Source: an uncultured Lachnospiraceae bacterium (lineage in GTDB: Bacteria; Bacillota; Clostridia; Lachnospirales; Lachnospiraceae). Taken from it: a stretch of DNA of 44,954 nucleotides. A program made the position numbers and the translations under genes. This document shows positions 18,001 through 25,862 of the stretch, piece after piece. How positions within the stretch are numbered: the stretch's first letter is position 1; each line of letters opens with the position of its first letter. Below the pieces are notes generated by a model. That model was not told the origin of the DNA and made no database searches. It worked only from the letters and a program-made list of their open reading frames with translations. The DNA is taken from positions 1 through 44,954 of the forward strand of contig CAMAHO010000001.1 in NCBI GenBank assembly GCA_945834545.1, read 5' to 3'.

Positions 18001-20088
18001 AATAAATGGTTGGAGGCTGGCTTGGTAGGAGTTCCCACAGTGGGAAGCTACAATACGGAGCTGGCAGACGCTACAAGCCAGGGCGAAAATGTTTTGCTTT
18101 GTAAAGATGCTAAAGAGTGGGAAAATGCTCTGGAATGCCTGTATGAGGACAGAGAGCTGGGCAGACGACTTGGAGAAAATGCCTTTGACTATATTCTGAA
18201 GCATAAGACTACTTTGGTGAAAAATCCTGACCTGAAGGCTTTTGTACTGGGAGATAAGACTTCTGTTTTGACCGTTATTACAGAAAAAAAAACGGACTTT
18301 CTAAATGCTCAAACCTTAAAGAGAGTTGAGCTCTTGCAAGGGAGAACCTCCCTAGCCCGGGCCAAGGGGGAATACGTAGTTTTCCTACAGGGAACAGAGA
18401 CTCTGGAGGACAATGCGCTGGAGTGTCTGGTGAAGGAGCTGGAAACCTCTGAAGTAGATATGCTGTATACGGATGAGCAGGAGTTTCGAAAACCGGCTTG
18501 GTCCCCTGAACTGGCACTTGAGCTTCCTTATGTGGGACCTTTCACAGCATATCGCACAAGTCTGGCGAAAAAGATTTCTGCTACTATGGATGAATTGGAG
18601 GATTTTGACCTTTGGAGCTATGATTTTATGCTTCGTTTCTCAGAGCAGGAGGATGTCCGTATCGGGAGGCTGGAAAAAACCTTATATTCTACGAACCGTA
18701 CTTTCGGTTTATCCAGGGAAGTGGATGTGATAAAAAGGGATGCGATAAACAGAAGGAAGCTGTCAGCCCATCTTGAGGAAGTACCTAAGCTGTCTGTTTC
18801 CAGAGTCGTATACGAAGCCCCGGAAGGCAAAACGCTAAGTGTGATTATTCCTTCCAAGGACAATCCGGAAATGCTAAGAGAATGCGTGGCCTCCGTGAGG
18901 GAATGCAGCAGTAGACTTTCCGTAGAGCTCATCGTTGTTGACAACGGAAGCATAGACGAGAATCGTGAAAGCGTCGAGAAGCTGGCAGAGGAATACCACT
19001 TCACATATCACTATGCCCCTCAGGAGTTTCACTTCTCCAAAATGTGTAATAGGGGAGCAGAGCTTGCGACAGGAGATGTCTTACTGTTTTTAAATGATGA
19101 TGTGGTTTTGCAGGGGGAAGAAGCTTTGGAGAGAATGCTTGGGCAAGCTGTGCTGCCCCATACCGGAGCGGTAGGAGCCAAGCTTCTGTATCCCAATGCA
19201 GAGGGCAGTGCGGAAAACAGAATTCAACATGACGGAATTGTACTTCTGGGTGAGAATCCTTCCCATGCCTTATCAGGACTGTCGGATGATATGATTTATT
19301 ATTGGGGAAGAAATCGTCTTACTTATAATTATTTAGCAGTCACGGCAGCTTGCTTGATGATTGAAAAGGAAAAATTTATGGAGGCCGGAGGATTTCCGGA
19401 GGAGCTTCCGGTGGCTTACAATGATGTCGCCCTGTGTATGGAGCTGAGGGAACATGGTTACTACCAGGCGGTTAGGAATGATGTGGCTTTTCTTCACAGG
19501 GAATCTGTCAGCAGAGGTATGGATGCGGCGGATGAAACAAAGACCAAGAGACTACTTTCGGAACGGAATATGCTTTATGCCCTTCATCCGGCGTTTCGTG
19601 GTGGGAAAGATCCGTTCTATAATAAGGGACTTAGTACAGAACATTCAGATTTTAGACTGGAAGAGAATCCGCTTCCGGAAGAGGCCCACAGACAGGCGGG
19701 CTGTATCCAGGTCTATGAGAGCTTGGAGGCCGCCTTCCAGGGGTATATCGACAGCGTGGATAGAGAGCAAGCTGTCATCAAGGGGTGGTATTTTTACAAA
19801 TCTGCCTTTTGGATGAAACACACAAAGCTGTATGTGGTAGTAGAAGAGAAACCCGGAATAGCTGTTTTCTATGAAACATCGTCCCTGGAAAGAAAGGATG
19901 TAGCAAGGAAGCTGGGACTTCCCTGCACCAGACTGGGATTTGCCTGCAGATTGCCAAAGGAAAAGCTTGAGAGTAAGCCGGAATATCGGTTAGGGCTTCT
20001 TTTGAGGAATTCTATCACGGGTCGGGAAAAACTAATGTGGTCGAATGCCAGGTGGGAAACAGAAAACCCAGAGAACATAGAAGAGTAA
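15040..20088 (+). CDS. Giant multi-domain glycosyltransferase (GT2 + two GT-B/GT4-like + GT2)
   Basis: VDVIVPIYNG/DDAS/NTDT/EEND (GT2); HKG, WPETFS (GT4-like); DMDD, GYFSGSHTH, KSENKWLEA (second GT-B-like); VIIPSKD/VVDNGS/LNDD/YNDVAL (GT2). Confidence 0.85.
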   Translation: MIIDKIRGSKLYQEKLVHTPLVAFLKRGKKALWNLKNQVKTLLGLQERFESLLPILENYIDLSKRQPIQGEVSENAKNETVDVIVPIYNGYEYLVRLFEDLPKAGMDCHFLLVDDASSDERVRSLEKGFVQQHKNARLLVNETNQGFVGSVNRGLKEAKGHVALVNTDTELPRDWLARLMEPILSDERVASTTPYTNSATIFSFPNFCYNNPIYRGLSVDAMDGYFKLVKPRYLEAPTGVGFCMGMSQKAIAEIGLFDQESFDRGYCEENDWCQRAIKAGYKNVVVENLFVYHKHGGSFLGEEKRKLIDDHMRILRRKHPGYEAQVSEFIRKDENKSLRQILEMMIDTHETKSVFYFNHSLGGGATSYMEQQIEGLVKQGACVTSLYFNPQIQRYMLTFENQRGKLRFELSTMDELVKLGEYFHYDEFIVNELVLFPYLFEMQDTIVKMHEKQKGSKLIMLCHDLFSICPSINLVSESMQYCGMPGKEECDRCFLEKRFVKDFHCQNREAWNLHWSHFLQKCTEVRTFSEDTLHRMKAVYGEGLAYTLVPHKVQYVFPIEKGTKTTKTLNIGLLGMLTVHKGGVLVGQMLDYIEKNALNIRIILIGQTEKLSLSHHGAFSMTGAYKPEELPELIYEQDIDVFFLASVWPETFSYTAEEIMKMGMPIVSLDIGAPASRIAGYNRGLVLKNSEGQNPVGIPAATIVERIQNFAQELGVLNQSVEESQVIYIAEDYSFTTRYRLQHLQEELLHQGVKGQLHLAARLPGKVDWTRVAAVVVYRCKKTSKLVAFLEEAKKHQVSVLCDMDDYIFDFDKIKDLPFLQEQREEYKDFESYCQALRQTMELADRFLVSTNHMKLAVEQTFPGKAVFVNRNAASSKMLVLSAKAKQKKIPMATDKKFVLGYFSGSHTHNRDFLLIAPVVAEFMSRHREVHFQLVGCLELPKEFEAFSERIIRYDFMDWQQLPECMAKVDVNLMPLEDSFFHRCKSENKWLEAGLVGVPTVGSYNTELADATSQGENVLLCKDAKEWENALECLYEDRELGRRLGENAFDYILKHKTTLVKNPDLKAFVLGDKTSVLTVITEKKTDFLNAQTLKRVELLQGRTSLARAKGEYVVFLQGTETLEDNALECLVKELETSEVDMLYTDEQEFRKPAWSPELALELPYVGPFTAYRTSLAKKISATMDELEDFDLWSYDFMLRFSEQEDVRIGRLEKTLYSTNRTFGLSREVDVIKRDAINRRKLSAHLEEVPKLSVSRVVYEAPEGKTLSVIIPSKDNPEMLRECVASVRECSSRLSVELIVVDNGSIDENRESVEKLAEEYHFTYHYAPQEFHFSKMCNRGAELATGDVLLFLNDDVVLQGEEALERMLGQAVLPHTGAVGAKLLYPNAEGSAENRIQHDGIVLLGENPSHALSGLSDDMIYYWGRNRLTYNYLAVTAACLMIEKEKFMEAGGFPEELPVAYNDVALCMELREHGYYQAVRNDVAFLHRESVSRGMDAADETKTKRLLSERNMLYALHPAFRGGKDPFYNKGLSTEHSDFRLEENPLPEEAHRQAGCIQVYESLEAAFQGYIDSVDREQAVIKGWYFYKSAFWMKHTKLYVVVEEKPGIAVFYETSSLERKDVARKLGLPCTRLGFACRLPKEKLESKPEYRLGLLLRNSITGREKLMWSNARWETENPENIEE

Positions 20089-20099
20089 GAGAGGATACT

Positions 20100-20768
20100 A
20101 TGAAGCATTATAAACTAGTCATATTTGACATGGACGGAACCATACTAAATACCCTGGAGGATTTGACCGACAGCACAAACTATGCGCTGTATGCCCATAA
20201 TCTGCCACAACGTACCATGGAGGAGGTACGTCAGTTTGTGGGAAATGGCATTGGGAAGCTGATTGAGCGAGCCGTTCCTGTGGGGACAAAGAAAGAGTTA
20301 GAAGAGCAGGTATTAGCCACCTTTAAAGCCTATTACGGCGAACACTGTGCTGTGAAAACCAGGCCCTATGAGGGCATCCTTGAGGTATTAAGAACCCTAA
20401 GAGAGAGGGGATATCTCACAGCAGTGGTGTCAAACAAGGCCGATTTTGCAGTTCAGAGCTTGGTTCAGGATTACTATCCGGGACTTTTTGATGTAGCTGT
20501 GGGGGAGAAGGAGGGCGTTCGCCGAAAGCCGGCACCTGACAGTGTGTTTGAGGTGTTGCACTTGCTCGGTATAGAAAAAGAGGCTGCAGTCTATGTAGGG
20601 GATTCTGATGTGGATTTGGATACCGCAAAGAATGCAGGGATGGAGGTCATAGCTGTCGAATGGGGCTTTCGCGATAGAGAGTTTCTCCTGGCTCATGGAG
20701 CCAGGGTGATTGTAGGGAAACCAATGGAGATTCTGGAACAACTGGAAAACGACTATTTACACCTATGA
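20100..20768 (+). CDS. HAD-family hydrolase (phosphoglycolate phosphatase-like)
   Basis: FDMDGT, SNK, KPAP, VGDSDVD. Start moved to ATG 20100 after a GAGG RBS. Confidence 0.9.
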   Translation: MKHYKLVIFDMDGTILNTLEDLTDSTNYALYAHNLPQRTMEEVRQFVGNGIGKLIERAVPVGTKKELEEQVLATFKAYYGEHCAVKTRPYEGILEVLRTLRERGYLTAVVSNKADFAVQSLVQDYYPGLFDVAVGEKEGVRRKPAPDSVFEVLHLLGIEKEAAVYVGDSDVDLDTAKNAGMEVIAVEWGFRDREFLLAHGARVIVGKPMEILEQLENDYLHL

Positions 20769-20784
20769 TTGGATGTGATAAAAT
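20756..20784 (+). promoter_or_regulatory. Sigma-A promoter for uracil permease
   Basis: TTTACA-17 nt-TAAAAT with extended -10 TG. Confidence 0.6.
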
Positions 20785-20796
20785 GAAACTCAAAAA

Positions 20797-20827
20797 AGAA
20801 AGGGCTTTTGAAAAAAAGCCCTTTTCT
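20797..20827 (+). terminator. Terminator- or attenuator-like hairpin
   Basis: AGAAAGGGCTTTT...AAAAGCCCTTTTCT inverted repeat between the HAD gene and the permease. Confidence 0.55.
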
Positions 20828-20855
20828 GTGAAAAAAACATACGGAGGACAAAGTC

Positions 20856-22175
20856 ATGAAAATGATCTACAATGTCAGTGACAAGCCTAAGATGGGACAG
20901 ACAATCGTCTTTGCTTTTCAGCAACTGTTAGCTATCTTAGCAGCAACCATTGCCGTTCCTGCAATTGTGGGAAACGGAATGTCAACATCGGCAGCTCTTT
21001 TCGGAGCAGGCGTGGGTACCATAGTTTACCTATTGTTTACAAAGTTTAAGAGTCCTGTATTCCTGGGTTCTTCCTTTGCTTTTATTGGTTCTATGTTTGC
21101 TGCCTTTGCAGGAGCTTCCTCCACAGCACTGGGGTATTTGGGAATGATCTTAGGTGCTGTTTTCGCTGGTCTGGTATATGTGCTGCTTGCAGCTATTGTT
21201 AAGGCCTGCGGTGTGGCTTGGATCAACAAATTGATGCCTGCAGTTGTTATTGGACCTACTGTTGCTATCATTGGACTTTCTCTTGCAGGAAATGCAATCG
21301 GTGACTTAGGTGCAGCTCCTAATGCAGACGCCTCCTTCTATTTATGCTTGATTTGCGGCCTGGTAACATTATTTGTGACTATGCTGTGCTCAGTATTTGG
21401 CAAGAAAATGTTAAAGATGATTCCTTTCATTATCGGTATTGCAGCGGGCTATGCAGTGGCAGCAGCTTTCACTGTCATTGGTATCTCTACTGGAAATGTG
21501 GCGTTAGAGATTATCGATTTTTCCAAGTTCCAGAATATGCAGTGGGTTCCTGAGTTTACCTTCCTGACTGCATTTGGTGGGTTCGGTGAGTTGAGTGCTT
21601 CCTACATCGGTACGGTGGCAGTGGCCTATGTGCCGGTTGCTTTTGTAGTATTTGCAGAGCACATTGCTGATCATAAGAACCTTTCTTCTATCATTGAGCA
21701 GGATTTGCTTGAGGAACCGGGTCTCCACAGAACTCTTTTAGGAGACGGCGTTGGTTCTATGTGCGGTGCTTTCTTTGGCGGCTGCCCTAATACGACTTAT
21801 GGAGAATCCGTAGGTTGTGTGGCAATTTCCAGAAATGCCTCTGTGGTTACCATCCTGACCACTGCATTTTTGGCAATTATTGCCTCCTTCTTTGCGCCTT
21901 TTGTCACCTTACTGGCTACCATACCCAATTGCGTAATGGGTGGAGTTTGTGTTGCTCTTTACGGTTTCATTGCTGTATCCGGATTAAAGATGGTTCAAGG
22001 GGTAGACTTAAATAAGAATCGCAACCTCTTTGTGGTTTCTGTCATCTTGATTGCTGGTATCGGTGGCTTGAGCATCAGCTTCGGTAAGGTAACCCTTACA
22101 TCAGTTGCTTGTGCTTTGATTCTCGGTATTATTACAAATCTTTTGTTAAAGAATGAGCCGGATGATGAAGAGTAA
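20856..22175 (+). CDS. uraA: Uracil permease (NCS2/NAT family)
   Basis: FLGSSFAFI, EHIAD, RTLLGDG, PNTTYGE signature; multi-TM. Confidence 0.88.
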   Translation: MKMIYNVSDKPKMGQTIVFAFQQLLAILAATIAVPAIVGNGMSTSAALFGAGVGTIVYLLFTKFKSPVFLGSSFAFIGSMFAAFAGASSTALGYLGMILGAVFAGLVYVLLAAIVKACGVAWINKLMPAVVIGPTVAIIGLSLAGNAIGDLGAAPNADASFYLCLICGLVTLFVTMLCSVFGKKMLKMIPFIIGIAAGYAVAAAFTVIGISTGNVALEIIDFSKFQNMQWVPEFTFLTAFGGFGELSASYIGTVAVAYVPVAFVVFAEHIADHKNLSSIIEQDLLEEPGLHRTLLGDGVGSMCGAFFGGCPNTTYGESVGCVAISRNASVVTILTTAFLAIIASFFAPFVTLLATIPNCVMGGVCVALYGFIAVSGLKMVQGVDLNKNRNLFVVSVILIAGIGGLSISFGKVTLTSVACALILGIITNLLLKNEPDDEE

Positions 22176-22205
22176 GAAATAGAAACTGTGTAACATATCT
22201 TATGG

Positions 22206-22235
22206 ACAGGGCAGTGTAAGCTGCCCTGTTTTTTT
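22206..22235 (+). terminator. Rho-independent terminator
   Basis: ACAGGGCAG-tgtaag-CTGCCCTGT followed by a T run. Confidence 0.85.
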
Positions 22236-22399
22236 GTAACAGTTAAGCTATACCAGGAGTCACCTCCAAATTATGCTCGCATAAATTTGGAGGTGACTCC
22301 TGGTATGAGCTGAGCGCCAATCAATGAGCAAAGTTAGCTGCGTAGCAGCGAGAAAGCACCGTAGGTGCGGCTTTGCGAATGGCGCGGCTGAACTGTTAT
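22236..22399. mobile_element. MITE-like multi-hairpin element
   Basis: Terminal inverted repeats GTAACAGTTAAGC / GCTGAACTGTTAT, a 23-bp-arm hairpin at 22250-22306, and a second branched stem. Confidence 0.7.
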
Positions 22400-22484
22400 G
22401 TTTTTTATGTAACAAGCTCATATAAAAGTATGGTTTTACAGATATAAATGATAAACCTGCACAGGTATAAACGAAAAAATCTGA

Positions 22485-22513
22485 TTGAATATAAGCACAA
22501 TTTATGGTAAAAT
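22485..22513 (+). promoter_or_regulatory. Sigma-A promoter for the PilZ gene
   Basis: TTGAAT-17 nt-TAAAAT with extended -10 TG. Confidence 0.7.
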
Positions 22514-22554
22514 TGCTAATGTGGGTGTGTTTAATTGATTGGGGGTTGTTTATT

Positions 22555-23238
22555 TTGTATATTAATGAAATGCCGGTAGGCTCTGAGGTTATAATTCAAG
22601 TTTATCGTGGGAAGGAAAAGGTAGAATTGGCATCTGAGGTTGTTGATATGGACATGCAGCTCAGGGGGGTGTTGTCCAAAAAAGCCAGATTTATACCCAT
22701 AAAGCTCATAGAAGAGGATGGAAAGGTGGTTTCTTTCCCGGAGAATCTGCATTATCATACGATTATTACCCACGGTAGTTCACCACTCATATGGTACGAG
22801 ATGTCAATTCGATGTATTCAACATCCCACCACAGGCCAGAAATGGCATATCATTTTGGCGGAAAAAGAGGGAAAGGTACACAATCGTAGAGAGAACTATC
22901 GACTTTATATGGGGTGCGGTGGTACTGCTCAGGTAGGAGATTCCAAGAAAACTGCGGAGGTTCTGATTAAGGATATCAGTGCACAAGGAGTCGGCTTCGT
23001 GATGAGTGCCAATGACAGTCGGGATATTTCAGTTGGCGATAAGGTACATCTTAAATTTCGGGATGGGGTGGAATACAGCAGTACCATGTTCGATATGGTA
23101 ACCAATGTTGTAAGAATCGATGATATGGACAATGAAAATCGTTGTCTGGTTGGTTGTATGCAGGATAAATACAGTGATACCATTAATAAGTATATATTGA
23201 ACAAGCAAAGAGAAAGACTGAAGAAACAAAGACAGTAG
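22555..23238 (+). CDS. PilZ-domain c-di-GMP receptor (YcgR-like)
   Basis: RRENYR (RxxxR) and DISAQG (DxSxxG). Start TTG 22555 after GGGGG; ATG 22570 is an alternative. Confidence 0.85.
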   Translation: MYINEMPVGSEVIIQVYRGKEKVELASEVVDMDMQLRGVLSKKARFIPIKLIEEDGKVVSFPENLHYHTIITHGSSPLIWYEMSIRCIQHPTTGQKWHIILAEKEGKVHNRRENYRLYMGCGGTAQVGDSKKTAEVLIKDISAQGVGFVMSANDSRDISVGDKVHLKFRDGVEYSSTMFDMVTNVVRIDDMDNENRCLVGCMQDKYSDTINKYILNKQRERLKKQRQ

Positions 23239-23250
23239 GGTTTGTAAGGG

Positions 23251-23291
23251 TCGCTTAAGCCGGTGTAGAAGGCTTAAGCGATTTTTGTTTT
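23251..23291 (+). terminator. Rho-independent terminator
   Basis: TCGCTTAAGCC...GGCTTAAGCGA followed by TTTTTGTTTT. Confidence 0.85.
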
Positions 23292-23351
23292 AAAGAATTA
23301 AGATAGTAGGCCATATTAGGTGGAAGATTTCAAAAAAACAAGAAAAACCTC

Positions 23352-23415
23352 TTGCTTTTTATATTAAGTCATGTTAGCTTAATTAAAGGAGATAAATTAA
23401 GCTAAATTAACTTAA
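23352..23415 (+). promoter_or_regulatory. Mannan operon promoter with two inverted 20-bp operator-like sites
   Basis: TTGCTT-17 nt-TAGCTT (extended TG). ATTAAGCTAA-N4-ACTTAA occurs at 23364-23383 (minus) and 23396-23415 (plus). Confidence 0.6.
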
Positions 23416-23583
23416 AACAATTTTATATATCAGCTCATGCTGATTTAGCTAATCGAAAGACAAATGTGCTCCTGAGATATTGCAAAACAATGCTTTTCTC
23501 TCAAATCAACAGTCATTCCGAGCAAAACAATGCCGGGCACAATACAACGCAGAAAAAAGACTGCAGAAAAATTGGAGGTAGCT

Positions 23584-24606
23584 ATGAGCGAAGTAAAGAT
23601 GATTGCACCACATGTACCGAATGTACCTTGGCAGGAAAGACCGGAGAAATTGACAGGGGCTCCCGTATGGAGATATTCTGAAAATCCCATTATTGGTCGC
23701 AACCCGGTAGAAGGAGTGGCACGAATTTTCAACAGTGCAGTAATGCCCTACGAGGGAGAATTTATCGGTGTGTTCCGTGGAGAGCAGACCAACGGTATTC
23801 CCTACATCTATCTTGGAAGAAGCAAGGATGCAATTCACTGGGATTTTGAAAAGGATAAGATTCCTTTTGTGGACGAAGAGGGAAAGCCTTTTATGCCTAT
23901 TTATGCTTATGATCCCCGACTGGTTAAGGTAGAGGATACCTATTATATTATCTGGTGTCAGGATTTCTACGGTGCGGCAATTGGTATGGCCAAGACCACT
24001 GATTTTAAGACTTTTACAAGATTGGAGAATCCCTTCCTTCCCTTTAACAGAAATGCAGTTTTGTTCCCGAGAAAGATTCACGGAAATTACTGCCTGCTGA
24101 GCCGTCCTTCCGACAGCGGACATACACCCTTTGGCGATATCTTTATCAGTGAGAGCCCTGACCTGGTGTACTGGGGCAAGCATCGCCATGTGATGAGCAA
24201 GGGCAATGAATGGTGGGAATCCTTAAAGATTGGCGGAGGAGCAGCACCTATTGAAACCAGCGAGGGTTGGTTATTATTCTACCACGGAGTAAGCGGTACC
24301 TGTAACGGTTATGTATACAGTATCGGCGGTGCGATTCTTGATTTGGAGAATCCTTCCATTGTGAAATATCGCTGCGAAAACTTCCTTCTTACACCGGAAG
24401 AATGGTATGAGGAGAGAGGCTTTGTGCCCAATGTAACCTTCCCTTGTGCAACCATTCATGACCCGGAATCCGGCAAAATTGCCATTTACTATGGCTGTGC
24501 TGACAGCTATGTGGGATTGGCATTTACTCAGTTTGAGGATATCATGGAGTATATCAAAGCACACAGTGTTGTGAATACGACAGATACAGAAATTGGCAGA
24601 AGATAA
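23584..24606 (+). CDS. GH130 beta-1,4-mannooligosaccharide phosphorylase (GH130_2 type)
   Basis: WRYSENPII, IFNSAV, YAYDPR, NRNAVLFP, SRPSDSGHTPFGD, VPNVTFP. GGAGG RBS. Confidence 0.92.
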   Translation: MSEVKMIAPHVPNVPWQERPEKLTGAPVWRYSENPIIGRNPVEGVARIFNSAVMPYEGEFIGVFRGEQTNGIPYIYLGRSKDAIHWDFEKDKIPFVDEEGKPFMPIYAYDPRLVKVEDTYYIIWCQDFYGAAIGMAKTTDFKTFTRLENPFLPFNRNAVLFPRKIHGNYCLLSRPSDSGHTPFGDIFISESPDLVYWGKHRHVMSKGNEWWESLKIGGGAAPIETSEGWLLFYHGVSGTCNGYVYSIGGAILDLENPSIVKYRCENFLLTPEEWYEERGFVPNVTFPCATIHDPESGKIAIYYGCADSYVGLAFTQFEDIMEYIKAHSVVNTTDTEIGRR

Positions 24607-24621
24607 GGAAAGAAACTAAGG

Positions 24622-24656
24622 ACCCTGATGGAGGCTTCCCTCAGGGTTTTCTTTCT
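24622..24656 (+). terminator. Terminator-like hairpin after the first GH130
   Basis: ACCCTGA...TCAGGGT stem followed by TTTCTTTCT. Confidence 0.55.
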
Positions 24657-24764
24657 ATATGCAGCTTCATAGGTCTATGGGTTTCTGCGCAGACAGGAAG
24701 ACTTTGGCTCCTATGATGAAAGGTAAGCGGATTGGTTGCTTTATCAGGAGGGTATGGTGAAGAT

Positions 24765-25823
24765 ATGGAATATTTGAAATTAAATCCTAAGGATAGCAGA
24801 CTAGTGTATTGCGGCAGGATTGATATGGAACAGGAGGAGGGACCCCTTTTCGTGTTTCCTGCAAGCTTTGTTCGCTTTAAGATGAGCGGCAAGGTAGGGC
24901 TTGCTAAGATCAAGAACCAGAGGGATTATTTTCAAAATACTATTGGAGTATTGGTAAACGGTGTCTATATGGGGAAACTATTGCTGGCAGACGAGGGAGA
25001 AACCCTCATTGACTTCTCCGGATTTTTGACAGGAGAGTTGTCGGAGGTCACCTTATACAAAACCCAGGACGGTTGTCATCAGTTTCATTTACAGGAACTA
25101 TGGGTGGCTCAGGATGCTGTGGTAGAAGCCGGTACTCCTTTGCCAAAACGCAGGATAGAGGTATATGGCGATTCCATTTCCGCAGGCGAGCTTTCGGAAC
25201 TAATGGATTTGGTCGCAAGTCCTGACCCGGAAAACCATCAGGGCTTGCCCTCCAACAGCTATTACTCCTATAGCTGGTTTTTGGCAAGAAAGCTAAATGC
25301 CTGTCTGCACGACATTGCACAGGGAGGAATCGCCCTGAAAAACGGACAGGGCTGGTATGACGGGCCGAATTATCTTGGAATGGAGAGTGTCTATGACAAG
25401 ATTTCCTATCAGCCAAGGTTTGGCAAAGTCAAAAATTGGGATTTTGGTGCCTACATTCCACAGCTGGTAATTGTTGCAATCGGTCAGAATGATGCCAATC
25501 CTGTAAACTACATGGCGCAGGACTATGAGGGCAGCCAGGGGCAGAAGTGGCGAGAGGAGTATAAAGCCTGGATACAGCAGTTAATGAAACTTTACCCAAA
25601 GGCCTACATTGTTTTAACCACAACGATTTTAAATCATGACGAGGGTTGGGACAGAGCAATCGAGCAGGTGTGCAGAGAGCTGGAGAGCCCAAGAGTAAAG
25701 CATTTCCTGTATGAAAAAAACGGATGCGGAACCCCGGGACATGTGCGTGCTCCGGAGGCAGAACGGATGGCTGCCCAGTTGGCGGCTTATGTGGCTGAAC
25801 TAAAGATAGACTGGGAGGAGTAA
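24765..25823 (+). CDS. CE2-like SGNH acetyl esterase (mannan deacetylase)
   Basis: N-terminal beta domain, YGDSIS, IAQGG, IGQND, C-terminal GH; lies in the mannan locus. Confidence 0.8.
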   Translation: MEYLKLNPKDSRLVYCGRIDMEQEEGPLFVFPASFVRFKMSGKVGLAKIKNQRDYFQNTIGVLVNGVYMGKLLLADEGETLIDFSGFLTGELSEVTLYKTQDGCHQFHLQELWVAQDAVVEAGTPLPKRRIEVYGDSISAGELSELMDLVASPDPENHQGLPSNSYYSYSWFLARKLNACLHDIAQGGIALKNGQGWYDGPNYLGMESVYDKISYQPRFGKVKNWDFGAYIPQLVIVAIGQNDANPVNYMAQDYEGSQGQKWREEYKAWIQQLMKLYPKAYIVLTTTILNHDEGWDRAIEQVCRELESPRVKHFLYEKNGCGTPGHVRAPEAERMAAQLAAYVAELKIDWEE

Positions 25824-25862
25824 GTAGTCTGTGATAAAACAGAGTAGTGGAAAGGAGCAGGT

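Noticed and set aside
20785-20855. PyrR attenuator or purine riboswitch
   Set aside because: No PyrR consensus is present and the leader is too short for an aptamer.
22504-22554. Longer PilZ start at 22504
   Set aside because: It overlaps the predicted -10 box and has no RBS.
23466-23681. 71-aa ORF as a leader peptide
   Set aside because: No RBS, and it overlaps GH130 out of frame; RNA structure explains the region better.
23506-24189. 227-aa minus-strand ORF and the other short alternate-frame or antisense ORFs
   Set aside because: They are shadows of well-supported + strand genes and show no recognisable motifs.
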